This document shows positions 14,892 to 23,592 of a stretch of 41,412 bases of DNA, in pieces (within the stretch, counting starts at the first letter, position 1; every line of letters starts with the position of its first letter). This DNA comes from a virus, in IMG/VR virus record IMGVR_UViG_3300029580_000011; one strand, 5' to 3'. The notes below the pieces were generated by a model, which had not been told where the DNA came from, did not search any database, and worked only from the letters and a program-made list of their open reading frames with translations. The position numbers and the translations under genes are program-made.

Positions 14892-15488
14892 ATGGCACTC
14901 AAAAGAGCTGACATCCGCACGATTCTGGAGAACCCCGAAACCTCCAACGATGACAAGGCCAAGGCCATTCTGGACGCCCTGCACAAGGAGACGGACGAAC
15001 TCAAGGACCAGCTGGATGCAGAAAAAGCAGCCCGCACACAGGCCGAGAAGGACCGGGACGCAGCCAATGGCGGCAAGGAAGCCGCTGAAAAGGCGCTGAC
15101 CGACTACAAGGCCCAGCAGACAGCAGCAGCCAGCAAGGCGGCCAAGACCGCTGCATTTAAGCAGCTGCTCAAGCAGGCGGGCGTGCTGGAAAAGTACATC
15201 GACGACATTGCCGACGACTCCAAGAAGGGCGACGAGTTCGCCGCCGGGCTGGAACTGGACGCCGATGGCAAGGTAAAAGACGCCGAAAAGCAGCTTTCCA
15301 GCATCAAAACCACATGGGGCGGCAAAATTGCCACCACCAAAACCACCGGCGCAAAGGTGGACACCCCGCCCACCAACACCGGCTCCAAAATGACCAAAGA
15401 CCAAATTTTTGCAATCAAGGACGCTGGCGAGCGCCAGGCGGCCATTGCAGCAAATGCCGACCTGTTTACAGGCGGCGGAAAGGACTAA
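14892..15488 (+). CDS. scaffolding protein
   Basis: 198 aa, Ala/Lys/Glu-rich coiled coil directly upstream of the capsid gene. Confidence 0.75.
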   Translation: MALKRADIRTILENPETSNDDKAKAILDALHKETDELKDQLDAEKAARTQAEKDRDAANGGKEAAEKALTDYKAQQTAAASKAAKTAAFKQLLKQAGVLEKYIDDIADDSKKGDEFAAGLELDADGKVKDAEKQLSSIKTTWGGKIATTKTTGAKVDTPPTNTGSKMTKDQIFAIKDAGERQAAIAANADLFTGGGKD

Positions 15489-15491
15489 CAC

Positions 15492-16391
15492 ATGGCAGCA
15501 AAGACCAATCTGATCACCACTACCGAGATCACTGTCAACCCTCGGGAAATCGACTTTGTGACACGCTTCCAGCGCAACTGGGAGCACCTGCGGGAGATCA
15601 TGGGCATCATGCGTCCCATCCGGATGCAGCCCGGCACCGTGCTGAAGAGCAAGTACGCCCAGGGCACCCTGCAGAGCGGCACCGTGGCAGAGGGCGAGGA
15701 GATCCCCTACAGCCAGTACACCGTCAAGGAGAAGGACTACGGCAAAATCACAATCGAAAAGTACGCCAAGGCCGTCTCCCTGGAGGCAATCCAGAACTAT
15801 GGCTATGATGTGGCCGTGCAGAAGACCGACGACGAGTTCCTGTTCGACCTGACCGCAAAGGTCACGGACAAGTTCTACAAGTACCTGAACACCGGCAGCC
15901 TGAAGGGCACCCCCAAGACCTTCCAGATGGCTCTGGCCATGGCAAAGGGCAGCGTGGAGAACAAGTTCAAGAATATGCACCGCACCGTCACCGGCGTTGT
16001 GGGCTTTGCCAACGTCCTGGACGTGGCTGAGTACCTGGGCACCGCCCCGATCACCATCCAGAACCAGTACGGCTTCCAGTACATCAAGGATTTCATGGGC
16101 TACAACACCATCTTCCTGCTGTCTGACGGCGAGATCGCAAAGGGCAAGGTCATTGCCACCCCCGTGGACAACATCGTGATGTACTACGTTGACCCCTCCG
16201 ACAGCGACTACGCAAAAGCTGGGCTGGTGTACACCACCGCGGGCGAGGCCAACAACCTGATCGGCTTCCACACCCAGGGCAACTACACCACCGCCGTCTC
16301 TGAGAGCTTCGCCATCACCGGCGTGACCCTGTTTGCTGAGTATCTGGACGGCATCTCTGTCCAGACCATTACCCCGGGTGAATCGGTCTAA
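15492..16391 (+). CDS. major capsid protein
   Basis: 299 aa after the scaffold gene. High expression-type codon bias. Position and size fit an HK97-fold capsid protein. Confidence 0.8.
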   Translation: MAAKTNLITTTEITVNPREIDFVTRFQRNWEHLREIMGIMRPIRMQPGTVLKSKYAQGTLQSGTVAEGEEIPYSQYTVKEKDYGKITIEKYAKAVSLEAIQNYGYDVAVQKTDDEFLFDLTAKVTDKFYKYLNTGSLKGTPKTFQMALAMAKGSVENKFKNMHRTVTGVVGFANVLDVAEYLGTAPITIQNQYGFQYIKDFMGYNTIFLLSDGEIAKGKVIATPVDNIVMYYVDPSDSDYAKAGLVYTTAGEANNLIGFHTQGNYTTAVSESFAITGVTLFAEYLDGISVQTITPGESV

Positions 16392-16412
16392 CCTGCAAGG
16401 GGGTGACTTTGC

Positions 16413-16823
16413 ATGACCGTCCCAGAGCTGTGCGTTTACACGCACAATTTTTTTGACCGGGCAGATGATCCCGTTGCCGGGGAGTTTGCTTTTGAGCCGG
16501 ATACCGTGCCCGCCGGGGTAGTGCCGGGGCAGTATTTCCTCGTGTGCGGATCCATCTTCAACAACGGCGTGCACAAGGCCGGGGACGGTGATCTGACCGC
16601 CGAGACCTTCACCGGGACGGTGCAGCCCATGCGCGTGCCGCCTGATTTTGTGGCGCTGGCTGAAAAAATCGACGCATACGACAAGGCGCTCCCGGCCGGT
16701 GGCGTGTATGTGTCCCAGTCCTTTGCCGGGTGGTCCGGCACGATGGCTACAGGCACGGACGGGCTGCCTGCAGACGGCAAGACCCGCTATAAATCCGAGA
16801 TCAATCAGTGGAGGAAGATGTGA
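16413..16823 (+). CDS. head-tail connector/adaptor candidate (136 aa)
   Basis: Called on position after the capsid gene only. Confidence 0.5.
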   Translation: MTVPELCVYTHNFFDRADDPVAGEFAFEPDTVPAGVVPGQYFLVCGSIFNNGVHKAGDGDLTAETFTGTVQPMRVPPDFVALAEKIDAYDKALPAGGVYVSQSFAGWSGTMATGTDGLPADGKTRYKSEINQWRKM

Positions 16824-16824
16824 C

Positions 16825-17193
16825 ATGGTCAATCCGTTCACTGCATCCACCGTGATGCAGAGCTTTACCCAAAAATACTGTTTTCAGACCCGCAGCTATG
16901 AGCCGGACGGCGTGGGCGGCTTTGTGTCCGGCTGGAAGGACGGCCCAGAGTTTGAGGCCGTGGAGCGCCACGACACCACCGTGGAGGCTCAGGTTGCAGA
17001 GCAGGCGGCTACAGCGTCCACCTATACGCTGCTGGTCAACACCGGTGTGCCTCTGGCTTTCCCGGACTACGTCAAGCGGGTGAGCGACGGGCAGACCTTT
17101 CAGGTGACGAGCGCAGCCGATGAGGGCGGCGCTCCGGAAGAATCCGGCATGGGCCTGCGGGCCGTGAAGTGCAAAAAGGCGGTGCTGCCGTAA
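16825..17193 (+). CDS. head closure / head-tail joining protein candidate (122 aa)
   Basis: Internal ATG of track ORF 16648. Position, size and the YEPDGVGGFVSGW pattern fit. Confidence 0.55.
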   Translation: MVNPFTASTVMQSFTQKYCFQTRSYEPDGVGGFVSGWKDGPEFEAVERHDTTVEAQVAEQAATASTYTLLVNTGVPLAFPDYVKRVSDGQTFQVTSAADEGGAPEESGMGLRAVKCKKAVLP

Positions 17194-17570
17194 TGGGACC
17201 GTCTGAGAGCATCAACCGGGCGCTGAACGCTTTTTTCAACGGCTTTGGCATCCCGGGCTATCTGGAAGACAACATTCCTCCCGGCGCAGAACTGCCGTAT
17301 CTGACCTATCAGCCGACAATTCCCGGCGGCTGGAATGAGTCCGGCACCTTCCACGCCCGGCTTTGGTACTCGAGTGCCAAAGGGCGGGCGCCTATTTTAC
17401 AGACCGAAGACAGGATAAGCGCAGCCCTTGCAGATGGTTTGACCATTGAATGCGAGGGCGGCGCTATTCTTTTGCACAAAGGCGTCCCGTGGGCGCAGCC
17501 GCTTGACAACCCGCCCGAGGGCTATCTGTGCGAATACCTCAATTTTGAACTCACACGGTTTATACCGTGA
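17193..17570 (+). CDS. tail completion/terminator-like protein (125 aa)
   Basis: ATG overlaps the upstream stop. Lies before the major tail gene. Confidence 0.5.
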   Translation: MGPSESINRALNAFFNGFGIPGYLEDNIPPGAELPYLTYQPTIPGGWNESGTFHARLWYSSAKGRAPILQTEDRISAALADGLTIECEGGAILLHKGVPWAQPLDNPPEGYLCEYLNFELTRFIP

Positions 17571-17583
17571 GTAAAGGAGCAAT

Positions 17584-18159
17584 ATGGCAAGAAAATTTTC
17601 CAAAATTTCGCAGAAAGCGTTCGAATCCATGCAGTTCAACGCAGGCATCGTGGTCAACAAGTTTGATGTAACCGGCGAGACCGAAGTTCAGGACGCAGAC
17701 ATTATCACTGCCACGACCGGCGGCATCACCGCGACCTGCAAGGCGAACTTCACCGATCTTGGCGAAGACGTGGACAACGCCCAGAAGAACACCGCAGAGC
17801 TGATGCAGATCGAGAGCTACGACTGCACGCTGGCTTTTACGGCCCTGAATGCCACAACGGACGTTATCAAGCTGGCGATGGGCGCTGCGGATGTGAGTGA
17901 CAAGAAGGTCACGCCCCGCATGACGCTGAATCCCGCCGCCAGCACCGGCGACTTCAAGGACATCTGGTGGGTTGGAGACACGCTGGATGGCGGTATGGTT
18001 GCAGTCCGGCTGATGAATGCACTGTCCACCGGCGGTTTGACCCTGAAGACGACCGACAAGGGCAAGGGCAACATTGCAGTCACCCTGACCGGCTGCCCCC
18101 GTCTGGGCAGTGACGTGGTGCCTATGGAGTGGTACTACAGCCCCAAGGCCGCAGCATAA
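17584..18159 (+). CDS. major tail protein
   Basis: 191 aa, directly upstream of the chaperone pair and tape measure gene. Confidence 0.7.
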   Translation: MARKFSKISQKAFESMQFNAGIVVNKFDVTGETEVQDADIITATTGGITATCKANFTDLGEDVDNAQKNTAELMQIESYDCTLAFTALNATTDVIKLAMGAADVSDKKVTPRMTLNPAASTGDFKDIWWVGDTLDGGMVAVRLMNALSTGGLTLKTTDKGKGNIAVTLTGCPRLGSDVVPMEWYYSPKAAA

Positions 18160-18171
18160 GGAGGTTACAAC

Positions 18172-18576
18172 ATGAAAACCCTGAACCAGATGGACGAAAC
18201 CGAATTCCTGCGCCGCTGCTGGCTCATCGCTGACGCGGTGTCTGACCTGCTGACCAAGACCAAAGTCATGGAGCTGCGCAAGGTCATGCCGGTTTTTAAC
18301 GGCAGCGAGACCGAGGAAGAAAAGAAGCAGAAGAGGGAAGAGCAGAGCCGAAAAAACCTCAAGGCAATGGCAAAAAGCCTGCTCTTTGAGAACGCTGAGG
18401 CTACCGCCAAGCTGCTTCCGCTGCTCTATGAGCCGGACGTGGACAAGGACGGCAAGACCGAGACCATGACGCCGTTCAAGATCCTGCGCGTTATCACTGC
18501 CACCATCGAGGACAAGGACGTGCTGGATTTTTTGTTATCGTTGGCGAAGCTGGGCCAGACGAGTATCGACGCCTGA
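18172..18576 (+). CDS. tail assembly chaperone (G-like)
   Basis: 134 aa, acidic, immediately before the tape measure gene. Contains the slippery heptamer near its 3' end. Confidence 0.8.
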   Translation: MKTLNQMDETEFLRRCWLIADAVSDLLTKTKVMELRKVMPVFNGSETEEEKKQKREEQSRKNLKAMAKSLLFENAEATAKLLPLLYEPDVDKDGKTETMTPFKILRVITATIEDKDVLDFLLSLAKLGQTSIDA

Positions 18577-18842
18577 CTTCGTCCATTCGGCTCGATATGC
18601 TGCGGCTCATCGGCAAGCCCTACATCGTCCAGCACATCATGAACACCCGGCGGCAAGAGGCTATTGCTTTGAGCTACCAGGCATACATGACGGACACGCT
18701 GGCAGGCTTCGCAGGAGTAGAAGAGCGCTGGGCTGACCGGGTGGCAGGAATCATCGATCCCCGCCCCTCAGAGCCACAGCAAAGCGCCGAAGAAGTGATA
18801 CAGAGAATCAAAAATGGCTTGAATGGAGGTGAAGAAACCTGA
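18172..18842 (+). CDS. G-T-like frameshift fusion chaperone (via -1 slip at 18528-18534)
   Basis: Track ORF 18597-18842 is in the -1 frame, and that frame has no stop back to the slippery site. Confidence 0.65.
18528..18534 (+). promoter_or_regulatory. -1 programmed frameshift slippery site T_TTT_TTG
   Basis: X_XXY_YYZ in the zero frame (GAT TTT TTG). The -1 frame is open from here to TGA at 18840-18842. Confidence 0.7.
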
Positions 18843-18856
18843 AGCTCTTTGAATTG

Positions 18857-21433
18857 ATGGCTACAGTCGGCCTCGATACGTCGGCGTATCAGCAGAGCAT
18901 TGAGCAGACCAAAGCCTCCACAAAGACAATGGTGGCGTCTCTTACCAAAGAGTACACAGACCTGCAAAAGCGGGTCAATGAGACCGCTCAAAAGTACAAT
19001 GAGCAGGCCAAAGCCACCGGTGAGACGTCGAAAGAGACCAGAGCTCTTTTGACTCAGCTACAAGCCGAGCGTACGCATTTGGCCGAGGTACAGCAGGCGC
19101 TGAACAATGCCAGCACCTACATGAAAAACTTTGGCGACTCGACCCGAAATACCGAAAGCAGCCTTGCAGGCTCTATTGCAAAAGGGCAGATTCTGGGCAA
19201 TGTTTTGACCACTTTGGCAAGCAAAGCGCTTGATGCTGCTGTGGGATTTGTCCAGACAGGCATCGAGTACAACGCCCAGATCGAGAAATACACCACCGGC
19301 TTTACCAATATGCTGGGCAGCGCAGAGGCCGCGAACGAGGCCATAAAAGCCATTCAGGAGGACGCCGCCCGCACACCTTTTGATGTGGCATCGCTTACCG
19401 AGGCAAACCAGCTGCTTATCAGCGCCGGTGAAAATGCCGGGTATTCCCGTAAGCTCATTATGGCACTGGGTGATGCTGTCTCGGCCACCGGCGGCGGCAA
19501 TGTGGAGCTGTCCCGCATGGCGGCAAACTTGCAGCAGATCGCCAACGTGGGCAAAGCGTCCGCTATCGACATCAAGCAGTTTGCCTATGCTGGCATCAAC
19601 ATCTATCAGGTTTTGGCCGACTACACCGGCAAATCGGTGCAGGATGTCCAGAACATGACGATCAGCTACGACCTGCTTTCTGAGGCCCTTATTGCGGCCA
19701 GCGAAGAGGGCGGGCGCTACTACAACGCCATGGACACCCAGAGCCAGACCATGAATGGCCGGGTATCCACGTTGAAAGATAACGTGAGCCAGTTGGCTGG
19801 CCTTATGACCGGCGATTTGTCCAACGGCATCGGCATGGTCATCTCAAATCTTAATGATATGACGGTGGCCGCGCAGGAAGCCTACAAAACCGACGGATGG
19901 ACGGGCCTTATCGGAGAGATAACCGGACTTTCCGGTGTGATCGACAAGGCAAAGTCCTCGCTTGTGGGCCTGAAAGCTGTTGCCGATTCCTTCAGAAAAG
20001 GCGAAATTTCGCTTTTTAGTGGCGACTGGGATGCTGTGTACTGGAATGCATTTAACGCTGACCAGACAACAAAACAGGGGGAAAAGGACTGGAATGAATC
20101 TCACGCTGGGATGGTGTGGGACGAGAATGACGGCTGGGTGCCTGCAAAGCCTTCTGGTAAAAGCAAAAGCTCTATTACCACTTCGCCCACCCCGACCAAA
20201 ACCAAGACCGAGACTCCAACCCAAAAGCACGTCGCCGCCGATACCAAAAAGCTGGCCGATACCATCAAGGAGACCTCTCAGGAGATACTTGCTGGTACTG
20301 GCAACATCGTTGGCAGCATCCAGCGCGTAACAGAGACTGCCGACAACACCTACAACGTCTATGACGGCACCACTAAGCAGCTCAAAGGCACCACCAAAGA
20401 GACGGTGCAGACTATCACCGACTCGTGGACTGAGGTAGTGGACGGCGTCGAAAAGACCATTAGAAAGGTCACAAAAAACGTGACCGATGCCGATGGCAAA
20501 ATCACCACCACGGTCAACCAGACCTGCGACAATGTGGTTTTGTCTGTCTCTGAGATGCAGTCTCGTATTGACAAAAATCTCAGCGAGGCAAAGACCAAAT
20601 GGCAAAACGGCATCATGGGGACGCTCCAAAGTGTGCTCACCGACCTCAAAAACGGCAACTGGACGAGCCTTGCCACCGACTTTGCAAAGCTGATTTGGGG
20701 CGAGGTCACGCAAGAGCAGCGTAACATCATCTCCAAATGGTTTTCGGACGCCCTCACTGCTATCAACAACAGCTATTCCGGCGGCGGTATGAGCGGCCTG
20801 AAAGATACGCTCCACAAGCTGCTCACCGATGGCATTACCTCGGACGCCAACGACGCAAAAGTGGCCGTGCAGGGCCTCTCTCAGGTCATAAACGGGCTGG
20901 GCGAGTCCGGCGGCATGGGTGCCAAGCTGGCGGGCATCGCCGGAAACTTTTCGGGCATGGCGGGCGTCATTACAAAAGCTCTCAGCGGCATTGTGGGCTT
21001 TATCATCGCAAACCCCGTGGTGGCTGCTATCCTCGGCCTGACAGCCCTTGTGGGCGGCGCAGCGTTTGCCAAGTGGCGCAGCAGCCGCGATAACGACGTC
21101 ACCAACAACTACAAGAGCCCCTACGGCACAACGCCGGTGTATGACTCTCTGGCAGAGTTCTCGGCCCGCGCCGACCAGCTCAACCGCTACAGCAGCGTCA
21201 CCGCTTCGCCGTTTGCTGGCAGTCAGCAGGACACCACCGGCAAGCAGCAGCTCAGTGTGCTCCAGCGCATCTCCAACTCGCTGGATGAGCACCTCCCGGC
21301 TATCGGCACTGGTACGCTGGTCATCGACGCTAACGGTGTGCAGGCTCTTGCAGGTGCAATGCAGCCGACACTCACCAATGGCATTGATGGAGACTTGGGC
21401 ATCCGCGCGGCCCGGAAAGCGAGGGGAGGCTAA
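18857..21433 (+). CDS. tape measure protein
   Basis: 858 aa, coiled-coil N-terminus, hydrophobic segment GIVGFIIANPVVAAILGLTALVGGAAFA. Position is typical. Confidence 0.9.
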   Translation: MATVGLDTSAYQQSIEQTKASTKTMVASLTKEYTDLQKRVNETAQKYNEQAKATGETSKETRALLTQLQAERTHLAEVQQALNNASTYMKNFGDSTRNTESSLAGSIAKGQILGNVLTTLASKALDAAVGFVQTGIEYNAQIEKYTTGFTNMLGSAEAANEAIKAIQEDAARTPFDVASLTEANQLLISAGENAGYSRKLIMALGDAVSATGGGNVELSRMAANLQQIANVGKASAIDIKQFAYAGINIYQVLADYTGKSVQDVQNMTISYDLLSEALIAASEEGGRYYNAMDTQSQTMNGRVSTLKDNVSQLAGLMTGDLSNGIGMVISNLNDMTVAAQEAYKTDGWTGLIGEITGLSGVIDKAKSSLVGLKAVADSFRKGEISLFSGDWDAVYWNAFNADQTTKQGEKDWNESHAGMVWDENDGWVPAKPSGKSKSSITTSPTPTKTKTETPTQKHVAADTKKLADTIKETSQEILAGTGNIVGSIQRVTETADNTYNVYDGTTKQLKGTTKETVQTITDSWTEVVDGVEKTIRKVTKNVTDADGKITTTVNQTCDNVVLSVSEMQSRIDKNLSEAKTKWQNGIMGTLQSVLTDLKNGNWTSLATDFAKLIWGEVTQEQRNIISKWFSDALTAINNSYSGGGMSGLKDTLHKLLTDGITSDANDAKVAVQGLSQVINGLGESGGMGAKLAGIAGNFSGMAGVITKALSGIVGFIIANPVVAAILGLTALVGGAAFAKWRSSRDNDVTNNYKSPYGTTPVYDSLAEFSARADQLNRYSSVTASPFAGSQQDTTGKQQLSVLQRISNSLDEHLPAIGTGTLVIDANGVQALAGAMQPTLTNGIDGDLGIRAARKARGG

Positions 21434-21940
21434 ATGGCAACATTACAGGGCGTCAAAATCGGAGACCACCACACCCTCAAGGACTGGGGGCTTTACATCG
21501 TGGTGGGCGGTACGACCGTCGGCCCGGCAGAACCGGACCAGAGCCTACTTATAAAGGTGCCGTTTAGCGACCGCATTTTGGACCTCTCCAAATCCCTGGA
21601 CGGCAAAGTCCATTACACCCAGCGCAAAATAACTATCACCCTCAAGTGCGTCAAGCCCAAAAAGCTTTGGCCCAGCATCCAGAGCGCCCTCGAAAACGCT
21701 TTGCAGGGACAGTGGCTGCGCTGCATCTTTGATGATGACCCGTCGTGGTACTGGGAGGGCTACTGGACAGTGACCCCCCAGAGCCGCGACCGGTGGGAGA
21801 ATGTCTTTACCATCTCCGGCATCTGCAACCCATACAAAGTCAGCCTCACCGCTGAGGCGGGTGCTGACTGGGAGTGGGACACCTTTAACTTTGAGACAGA
21901 CACTATTTATGATACGGCAACGGAGGTAAAAAGTCTGTGA
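21434..21940 (+). CDS. distal tail protein (Dit)
   Basis: 168 aa directly after the tape measure gene. Confidence 0.7.
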   Translation: MATLQGVKIGDHHTLKDWGLYIVVGGTTVGPAEPDQSLLIKVPFSDRILDLSKSLDGKVHYTQRKITITLKCVKPKKLWPSIQSALENALQGQWLRCIFDDDPSWYWEGYWTVTPQSRDRWENVFTISGICNPYKVSLTAEAGADWEWDTFNFETDTIYDTATEVKSL

Positions 21941-23580
21941 GTTACAAAGTCTATGCAGGCACCCAGACCGCCGTAGGCGTATGGGACACCAAAGCCTGCA
22001 TCTATGACCCGACTGGCGAAGACCTGCGCACTACGGCTACGCTGCTCATCTCCCCGACTCTCACCCGTGAGGCCGGTAAGGCTGGCAGTTTTGAGTTTAC
22101 GCTCCCGCTGGGCAATGTTGCCCACTCGGCGCTGCAAAAGCTCAAGACCATTGTGGAGGTGGAACAGGACGGCACGCCCATCTGGCACGGGCGGGTCATG
22201 AGCCACGACATGGATTTTTACCTAAGACAAAAAGTGTACTGTGAGGGTGAGCTCGCGTATCTCAATGATACCGCGCTCACCCCTTATCGGTACCCAGATA
22301 TCAGCATCCGGGAATTTTTGGAAAATGTCATCCGCAATCACAACAGCCAGACCGACAAATACAAAGCTTTTACGGTGGGCGATGTCACTGTTTTTGCAGA
22401 TGGCCCACAGGAGTCTTTCCAGACGGTCTACATGAGCGGTTGCAAAGTGGATTCCGAGAAAGACGACGACGGCAGCAACGATTATTTCCTTGTGGATGCT
22501 GATAAAAGTCGGATATGCGATATATTAAGCTACACCGTTTCAGCTGGGGAGTATATTAACAAAGGTAATGCGATACACGTTGTCTCTGAGGAGGGAAACC
22601 AATACGGCAAGTCATTTACGGTGGAGCGAAACATAGCCTACAAAAACGGCAGCTTTTACGCTGTGACCGTGACGGCTCATGGCTCTAAGTACATTTACGA
22701 GCTCGGCACCACCCCGCTGACAAACTGGAGGCTGGGCGATGACGGAGCGATTCAGAGCGGCGATTCCAGCACAGGAAGCTGGTCGACCCGCACGGGCTAC
22801 TATCTGCACGACTTTGACACCTCCACCAATGAGGCCATAAGCTTCGGCGACGGCAAAAACTTTGGCACGACGTGGGACATCCTGCAATCTGAGCTGACGG
22901 ACGTCTACGGCGGCTACCTTGTCGTGCGGTACTCAGACGACGGTAAAACGCGGTATCTGGACTATCTTGCCGACGTAGCGGAGAGCAACACGCAGACGGT
23001 CGAGTTTGGCGTAAATATGCTGGACCTCAATAACTATGTCAAGGCCGATGACATCGTCACCCGGGTCATCGCGGTAGGCTACCAGAAAAAAGGCTGGTGG
23101 ATTTTTAAGAGCACCAAAACCATCCAGGAGACGGCCAACGACAGAGCGGCACAGAGCGTCTATGGTATTATCACCCGGGTCATCGTTATCGACGGCAAGT
23201 CGATTACAAGGCAAAAGCTGCTGGACGCCGCAAATGAGGAGCTATCTAAAAATCTGCGGTATCTGGACGGCATGGAGATAAGCGCCGTGGATTTGCGAGA
23301 CGCCGGCATCGACACTGAGCGGCTTGGCTGGATGAAGAAGACTCACATCCTCTCAAAGCCCCACGGACTCGATACATGGCTGGTGCTTACCAAAGTTGTC
23401 GAGCCGCTGGACGCGCCCGACAAGAAAAAGTTTACGTTTGGGACGAGTTTTTACTCTATCTCCGACCTGCAAGCCCTCAGCAGCCACAAAGCGTCTATGG
23501 CGTACAGTATCGCTTTAAGCTCTATGGGATACCTCAACGGCAATCCGATACCCACTACAAGCAAAACGTCAGTACAGTAA
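21937..23580 (+). CDS. tail-associated protein (Tal / prophage tail endopeptidase-like)
   Basis: 547 aa after Dit. N-terminal pattern SFEFTLPLGN...IVEVEQDGTPIWHGRV. Confidence 0.7.
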   Translation: MSYKVYAGTQTAVGVWDTKACIYDPTGEDLRTTATLLISPTLTREAGKAGSFEFTLPLGNVAHSALQKLKTIVEVEQDGTPIWHGRVMSHDMDFYLRQKVYCEGELAYLNDTALTPYRYPDISIREFLENVIRNHNSQTDKYKAFTVGDVTVFADGPQESFQTVYMSGCKVDSEKDDDGSNDYFLVDADKSRICDILSYTVSAGEYINKGNAIHVVSEEGNQYGKSFTVERNIAYKNGSFYAVTVTAHGSKYIYELGTTPLTNWRLGDDGAIQSGDSSTGSWSTRTGYYLHDFDTSTNEAISFGDGKNFGTTWDILQSELTDVYGGYLVVRYSDDGKTRYLDYLADVAESNTQTVEFGVNMLDLNNYVKADDIVTRVIAVGYQKKGWWIFKSTKTIQETANDRAAQSVYGIITRVIVIDGKSITRQKLLDAANEELSKNLRYLDGMEISAVDLRDAGIDTERLGWMKKTHILSKPHGLDTWLVLTKVVEPLDAPDKKKFTFGTSFYSISDLQALSSHKASMAYSIALSSMGYLNGNPIPTTSKTSVQ

Positions 23581-23592
23581 AGGAGGAAAGAT

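Noticed and set aside
14775-16850. 691-aa ORF on the minus strand, the longest antisense ORF, opposite the scaffold, capsid and connector genes.
   Set aside because: This is a shadow ORF typical of GC-rich DNA. It has an Ala/Gly/Val/Leu/His-rich, junk-like composition and no RBS. It overlaps the tRNA-Lys and well-supported + strand structural genes. The same reasoning applies to 19844-21292, 8642-9436, 2654-3424, 39107-39898, 40341-41063, 29326-30087, 31147-31845 and 25525-26226 (all minus strand).
22440-22640. A short AT-richer patch inside the Tal gene, as a possible insertion or intein-like element.
   Set aside because: The reading frame is continuous, there are no splicing or homing-endonuclease motifs, and the patch is small. 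It is most likely ordinary mosaicism.
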